64,000 bases of DNA from an uncultured Bacteroidales bacterium (GTDB lineage Bacteria > Bacteroidota > Bacteroidia > Bacteroidales > JAADJA01). The position numbers and the translations under genes are program-made. This document shows, piece by piece, positions 59,243 to 64,000 of the stretch (position 1 is its first letter; each line of letters begins with the position of its first letter). The notes under the pieces were generated by a model, which did not search any database, was not told where the DNA came from, and was given only the letters and a program-made list of their open reading frames with translations. The DNA is taken from positions 568,862 through 632,861 of the forward strand of contig CAWJBC010000021.1 in NCBI GenBank assembly GCA_963840975.1. The letters run 5' to 3'.

Positions 59243-61318
59243 ATGAAAAAAAATCCGATTATCCAAATTACTTTTTGTCTCATTCTGTTATCCGGGGTCA
59301 AAGGTTTTGCCCAGATGGATACTGTTTTTTACGACAATTTCGATGATAACCGAAACGAATGGCTGGTTACCAATTCAGAATATTCATACTCCGACTTTGC
59401 CGACGGATCGTTTACCATGCAACGCAAAGTGAAAGGAAATTCTCTCAGGGATCAGTATGTATTCTTTGACCGGGAAGCAGATTTTTCGATCGAAGCTAAA
59501 ATTAAGGTTGAAGATTCTGGTGAATACGGTCTTCTTTGGGGTTCGGAAGACGAGGACAACAATTTTAACTTTATGATCCAAAAGAAAAAATTTGAAATCT
59601 TTAAATACATTGACGAGGAATATATCCTCACAAAAGATTTTACGGTAAGCGATGCCATCCAGGCGGAATCGAACACCCTGAAAATTGTTCGCGAAAAAGA
59701 CAGGGTTTCTTATTTCATTAACAACACAAAGGTTTTTGAGGAGCCTTATCAAAAAATGCAGGGAAGGAATTTTGGATTTACGCTATGGAACCAAACCAAA
59801 GTGAAAGCTGATTATATCCTGATCATGGGAAGGAAGATGCCGATCAACCTGATCCCCGGTTTGGTGTACAACTCGGAACCTGAAAACCTCGGGGAATCAG
59901 TCAATTCCAGGTATGATGAATTGTTGCCGGTGATATCGCCGGATGGAAACACCCTTTATATCTGCCGCAGCGAGTCGCCGGATAATACAGGAGGTATTGA
60001 GGATTATAGTGATGTTTTTTATTCAAAGCGATGGAAAGATGGCTGGACTCCTGCCATCAATATCAAATCGCCGCTCAACGATGCTGATCCCAACGCTGTT
60101 TGCTCAGTTTCGCCCGATGGTAACTTTCTCATTATGATGAACAGTTACGATGACAAGAATACAGGGGTTTCCTGTTCGATTAAAATAGCCGATGGCTGGA
60201 GCATGCCGGTGAGCCTTATGATTCAGGATTTCTATAACAAGGCTGATGATCAGGAATATTTTCTGGCAAACGATACCAGAGTATTGCTAATGACTGTTGA
60301 GAGGGATGATTCTTATGGCAAGAAAGATATTTACGCCTCCTTTTATCAGGATAATCTCAGCTATAGTGTGCCTTTAAATCTGGGACCCATTGTCAATACA
60401 GATGAAACGGAGATGTCCCCCTTCCTCGCTTCCGACGGTGTTACCCTTTATTATTCAAGCGACGGGCTTCCGGGTTATGGTTCGAACGATATTTATGTAA
60501 CCCGCCGGCTTGACGATACATGGACCAACTGGTCAACGCCTCAGAATATAGGAAAGCCTGTCAACACTAAGGGTTGGGATGCGTATTACACCATTCCCGC
60601 TTCGGGCGAATATGCTTATTTTGTTTCGTATGAAAATTCATTGGGAGAAGCGGATATTTTCAGAATAAAGCTGCCTGAGAAAGCAAAGCCAAGACCTGTT
60701 GTTCTGATTTCGGGAAGGGTATTGAATGCAAAGACCAATCAGCCTGCTGAAAGTTCAATCCATTACGAATTTCTTCCTGAAGGCATTGAGGCAGGAGCCG
60801 CCAGAACGGATCCTGCATCAGGTGAATATAAAATCGTACTTGCTTACGGAAGAAATTATGGTTTTTCGGCAAATGCGACAGGATACATACCTGTTTCGGA
60901 TAACATGGATTTGACAGATATTGCCGAATACAAAGAGATTAACCGCGATCTCTATCTTGTTCCCATCGAAGTGGGCGAAGTGGTCAGGTTGAATAATATA
61001 TTCTTCGACTTTGGAAAATCTTCCCTTCGTGCCGAATCCTATCCTGAACTTAACCGCGTTGTGAAGCTGCTGAACGAAAACCAGAATATGCAAATTGAAA
61101 TTGCTGGTCATACTGACAACGTTGGAGCTGACGACGTTAATTTAAAACTTTCCGCCGACCGTGCAAAAGCTGTGAAAGGTTATATTGTTTCGAAAGGAAT
61201 AAGCGATACCCGGATTGTATCAAAAGGCTACGGCAAAACAAAACCTTTAGCCGGAAACGAAACCGAAGAAGGTAAACAATTGAACCGGCGTGTGGAATTT
61301 ACAATTTTGAATATTTAG
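59243..61318 (+). CDS. OmpA-family protein with a jelly-roll-like N-terminal domain, TolB-like WD40/PD40 repeats and a CarboxypepD_reg-like domain
   Basis: The 691-aa ORF has a signal peptide and the OmpA C-terminal domain NNIFFDFGKSSLRAESYPELNRVVKLL...IEIAGHTDNVG...NLKLSADRAKAV...NRRVEFTI. Confidence 0.85.
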   Translation: MKKNPIIQITFCLILLSGVKGFAQMDTVFYDNFDDNRNEWLVTNSEYSYSDFADGSFTMQRKVKGNSLRDQYVFFDREADFSIEAKIKVEDSGEYGLLWGSEDEDNNFNFMIQKKKFEIFKYIDEEYILTKDFTVSDAIQAESNTLKIVREKDRVSYFINNTKVFEEPYQKMQGRNFGFTLWNQTKVKADYILIMGRKMPINLIPGLVYNSEPENLGESVNSRYDELLPVISPDGNTLYICRSESPDNTGGIEDYSDVFYSKRWKDGWTPAINIKSPLNDADPNAVCSVSPDGNFLIMMNSYDDKNTGVSCSIKIADGWSMPVSLMIQDFYNKADDQEYFLANDTRVLLMTVERDDSYGKKDIYASFYQDNLSYSVPLNLGPIVNTDETEMSPFLASDGVTLYYSSDGLPGYGSNDIYVTRRLDDTWTNWSTPQNIGKPVNTKGWDAYYTIPASGEYAYFVSYENSLGEADIFRIKLPEKAKPRPVVLISGRVLNAKTNQPAESSIHYEFLPEGIEAGAARTDPASGEYKIVLAYGRNYGFSANATGYIPVSDNMDLTDIAEYKEINRDLYLVPIEVGEVVRLNNIFFDFGKSSLRAESYPELNRVVKLLNENQNMQIEIAGHTDNVGADDVNLKLSADRAKAVKGYIVSKGISDTRIVSKGYGKTKPLAGNETEEGKQLNRRVEFTILNI

Positions 61319-61350
61319 AGACTGTTTAATAATGTTAAACTCTTGATTTA

Positions 61351-61443
61351 TTACACAGAGTTGCACAGAGAAGTCAAAGAAAAATGCTGAGATAAAACTT
61401 TAAAATAAAATAAACCAAATTTCCTCTGTGTAACTCTGTAAAA
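61351..61443. repeat. inverted-repeat (CACAGAG-type) palindromic element
   Basis: TTACACAGAGTTGCACAGAGAA pairs with TTCCTCTGTGTAACTCTGTAAA across an AT-rich loop of about 48 nt. Confidence 0.7.
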
Positions 61444-61829
61444 CCCTCAGTGGTTCTCAGTGTAACAAATAGTTATATTACAGAATTGCACGAAGAAAAT
61501 ATTCATTTTCCGCACTTTGTGTTTTGTTCGAGTCCTGGGGACTTTGTGGCAAAGGGTAAAGTTAAATGTTTCACAGAATTTTAAACAGATGCTTAATTCC
61601 TACCGCACGTAAGTACTTCACCTTATTAAGCGGGGGAATTTATTTGTCTGTTATGTAGGGATTGATGGGTAACCCTATTTACCGCAAAACTGGAATTGTG
61701 TAACTTTGAATGCTTTTACAATTAATGATGAACGGTGTGTTGCGTTGGTCTGTCGGTAAAACCTTGTTGTTCGGCAATACTGGTGAAATGAAAAAAAACC
61801 TGCTAAATGAAAATTAAACATATTAAACG

Positions 61830-62162
61830 ATGATAACCTTTGACGATTTTGAAAAGTTGGATATAAGGGTAGGAATTGTATTAGAAGCAGAACAATTCCC
61901 GGAGGCGAAAAACCCTTCGTATAAACTCAAAATTAATCTTGGCAGCGAAATCGGTATTAAGAAATCGTGCGCACAGCTTAATCAAAACTATACGGCTGAA
62001 GAACTTATCGGCAAACAGGTTTTGTGTGTAGTAAATTTTCCTCCGCGCCAGATTGGACCTGCAATTTCGGAAGTACTCACCCTCGGTGTCCCCGACGATA
62101 AACAGGAGTGTATCCTTATTGTTCCTGACAGGATGGTGCCGGCGGGAGGGCGATTGTATTGA
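61830..62162 (+). CDS. tRNA-binding domain protein (CsaA/YgjH-like)
   Basis: The 110-aa ORF has FEKLDIRVGIVLEAEQFPEAKNPSYKLKINLG...LIGKQVLCVVNFPPRQIGP, a tRNA_bind OB-fold pattern. Confidence 0.8.
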   Translation: MITFDDFEKLDIRVGIVLEAEQFPEAKNPSYKLKINLGSEIGIKKSCAQLNQNYTAEELIGKQVLCVVNFPPRQIGPAISEVLTLGVPDDKQECILIVPDRMVPAGGRLY

Positions 62163-62300
62163 GAGAAGGGCTAAGATGATTTATGGTTTCGTATTGTTAA
62201 CGCGAATCAAGAGTTAAAAGATTAATGCCACGAAGTCTCCAAAACACTAAGAATCACCAAATTCTTTTTAGAGCATACGAAATTTTCTTTGTGTAACTTT

Positions 62301-62349
62301 TGCCATAGGCATCCCTATGGGAGAGTATTTCTGACTTTTGCCATAGGCA
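62301..62349. repeat. REP-type hairpin cluster
   Basis: The hairpins are TGCCATAGGCA (62301-62311), TCCCTATGGGA (62312-62322) and TGCCATAGGCA (62339-62349). They have the same NNCC-NTA-GGNN style as the hairpins around the RAYT gene. Confidence 0.6.
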
Positions 62350-62523
62350 TTCCTTTGGAGGTGGCTAAAAATGAATTAATTGTAATTTCAACCCTTGATT
62401 CATATTGTTATTAATTTTTTAAAAAGCCTTTGGTATAAGAAAAAAAACTCAAGTAACTTTGCGTTTTCTATCAGGTATAGCAGTTAACAATTAAATAATG
62501 ATGCTATAATAGTTTGCAGGCGG

Positions 62524-63000
62524 ATGAAAGAAAAGGAACTGTACATAGATTTTGAGCCTCAACAGTCGGTTTATTATGTTGAAAAGGATGATGAGTCGTA
62601 CGGACCTGTTGTGAGCGGATCGCAGCTTGCGAAGAATTATCTCAACGATTTCTATGAAAAAAGAGCAAAGCAGGAGAAAGGTCTTCGCGAGCAATTGAAG
62701 AAGGGAGAGATCAGCCCGGTTTATTATTATCTGATCATGCAGGAATATGGAGAGGGCGACCTGGCATCAAGAGCAGGAGTTTCGCTGAGAAAAATGAGAA
62801 AGCATTACAAAATGGAGAACTTTATAAAATTGCGATTGACGCAATTGAAGAAATATGCTGAGGCTTTCGATGTGCCGATCGTTAAAATGTTCAGTCTGTT
62901 TCTTACAAAACTTGAAAATACCGGAAAGTTCTCAGTTGAATATGCCGAAACCGCCAATCCTTATTTTGTTATGGCTAAAATAGAAGCAGTAAAGGAATGA
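62524..63000 (+). CDS. hypothetical protein (possible HTH-containing)
   Basis: The 158-aa ORF has a stop that overlaps the next start (ATGA), so the two are probably co-transcribed. Confidence 0.55.
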   Translation: MKEKELYIDFEPQQSVYYVEKDDESYGPVVSGSQLAKNYLNDFYEKRAKQEKGLREQLKKGEISPVYYYLIMQEYGEGDLASRAGVSLRKMRKHYKMENFIKLRLTQLKKYAEAFDVPIVKMFSLFLTKLENTGKFSVEYAETANPYFVMAKIEAVKE

Positions 63001-64000
63001 AAGAGATCGCTTTTACACATAAGATGGCAGCCCATTGCGAAACGGGAACAGTAACCGCTTTGCTCAACCATTCGGGACTGGAAATTACAGAACCTATGGT
63101 GTTTGGCATTTCGAGCGGAATTTTCTTCGGATATTTTGAATCGTCTAATTTTTCATTCCCCACTTTTATTGTCCGCAACAAACCCGGTTCGATACGCGAA
63201 AACATCGCGAAACGGCTGGGAGTAAAATTTGAAACCCTTAAATTTAAAGACCATGATAAGGGTGAACGGGCGTTGAATGAGCTGATAATGAAAGATATTC
63301 CCACTGCCGCCCAGGTTGATTTTTATTACATGGATTACATGCCCGAATACCAAAGGGTTCATATCAATGTTCATTTTATCAACGTGGTAGGGTTGAACGA
63401 AACCAATTACCTTATCAGCGACAGTTATTATCCAAAAAAAACAGAACTGAAAAAGCAAACCCTTAACAAGGCAAGGTTTGCGGGTGGTTTCATGGAGCCA
63501 AAAGGATTCCTTTTTTACCCAACCTACATTCCAAAGGAAATTAATTACGAAAAAGCCATAGTCACAGGAATCAAAAAAGCATCTTACAATATGCTGAAGC
63601 TGCCCGTTCCATTTGTCGGGATAAAAGGGATGCGCAAGTTTGGTAAAAAAGTTAAGGATTGGAATAAGATAGCCAGGGACACCGATCATCTTTCGCATGA
63701 AGTGATGCGCATCAATATATTACTTGAAGACCAGGGAACCGGTGGTGCGGGATTCCGTTATCTTTATGCGACCTTTCTGCAGCAGGCGGCAAGTTTACTC
63801 AACGATAACCAGTTGAAAGAGTTGTCGAAACAAATGATGCTGATTGGCGATAACTGGAGAAATATTTCCTATTTTGCAGCCAAAATCGGTAAGAATCGGG
63901 ATCTGGGACCCGAAAGACTCAACGAACTTAGTGAAATGATCTTTGCCCGTGCTGATGAAGAGCAAAAATTTTTCGGCGAACTGGCAAAGGCTGTGAAATG
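62997..64000 (+). CDS. BtrH_N / DUF4872-like protein (3' end runs off the window)
   Basis: My own translation from ATG at 62997 reads MKEIAFTHKMAAHCETGTVTALLNHSGLEITEPMVFGISSGIFFGY.... It stays open to the window end. The N-terminus matches the BtrH_N (C39-like) pattern by recall. Confidence 0.65.
   Translation, partial: MKEIAFTHKMAAHCETGTVTALLNHSGLEITEPMVFGISSGIFFGYFESSNFSFPTFIVRNKPGSIRENIAKRLGVKFETLKFKDHDKGERALNELIMKDIPTAAQVDFYYMDYMPEYQRVHINVHFINVVGLNETNYLISDSYYPKKTELKKQTLNKARFAGGFMEPKGFLFYPTYIPKEINYEKAIVTGIKKASYNMLKLPVPFVGIKGMRKFGKKVKDWNKIARDTDHLSHEVMRINILLEDQGTGGAGFRYLYATFLQQAASLLNDNQLKELSKQMMLIGDNWRNISYFAAKIGKNRDLGPERLNELSEMIFARADEEQKFFGELAKAVK

Overview
This 64-kb chromosomal segment looks Bacteroidota-like. 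Five proteins end in T9SS-type C-terminal sorting domains, and spot counts on 60-nt lines of core sequence gave 45-47% GC. I support about 45 protein-coding genes.

Layout:
- The first ~33 kb and the last ~6 kb hold core genes: ligA, arcC plus argF, an inositol monophosphatase, a YmdB-like macro-domain enzyme, MATE and DMT transporters, two tandem hybrid sensor kinases, a class III nucleotide cyclase and an OmpA-family protein.
- A run of T9SS cargo genes lies at 26.6-42.8 kb.
- An accessory island at about 43-57.8 kb is repeat-laden and partly AT-rich. It holds uncharacterised secreted proteins, a decayed type IIG restriction-modification gene, an HNH homing-type endonuclease, an orphan nucleotidyltransferase and a RAYT/IS200-like Y1 transposase flanked by inverted REP hairpins.
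- I recognised no rRNA, tRNA or CRISPR array.

Most unusual observations:
1. The R-M gene carries an in-frame HUH/Y1 transposase-like module between its methyltransferase motifs. It also carries at least five in-frame copies of a 20-nt perfect palindrome that I did not see elsewhere in the window.
2. An array of 4.5 direct repeats of 41-42 bp, each bearing a palindrome, abuts a block of about 30% GC.
3. Modular GC-rich intergenic repeats contain a 27-bp module present 0, 1 or 2 times.

Caveat: at least nine single-base frame disruptions interrupt otherwise well-conserved genes, including essential ligA. Indel errors in the assembly are the most likely cause. Those genes are reported as merged spans.
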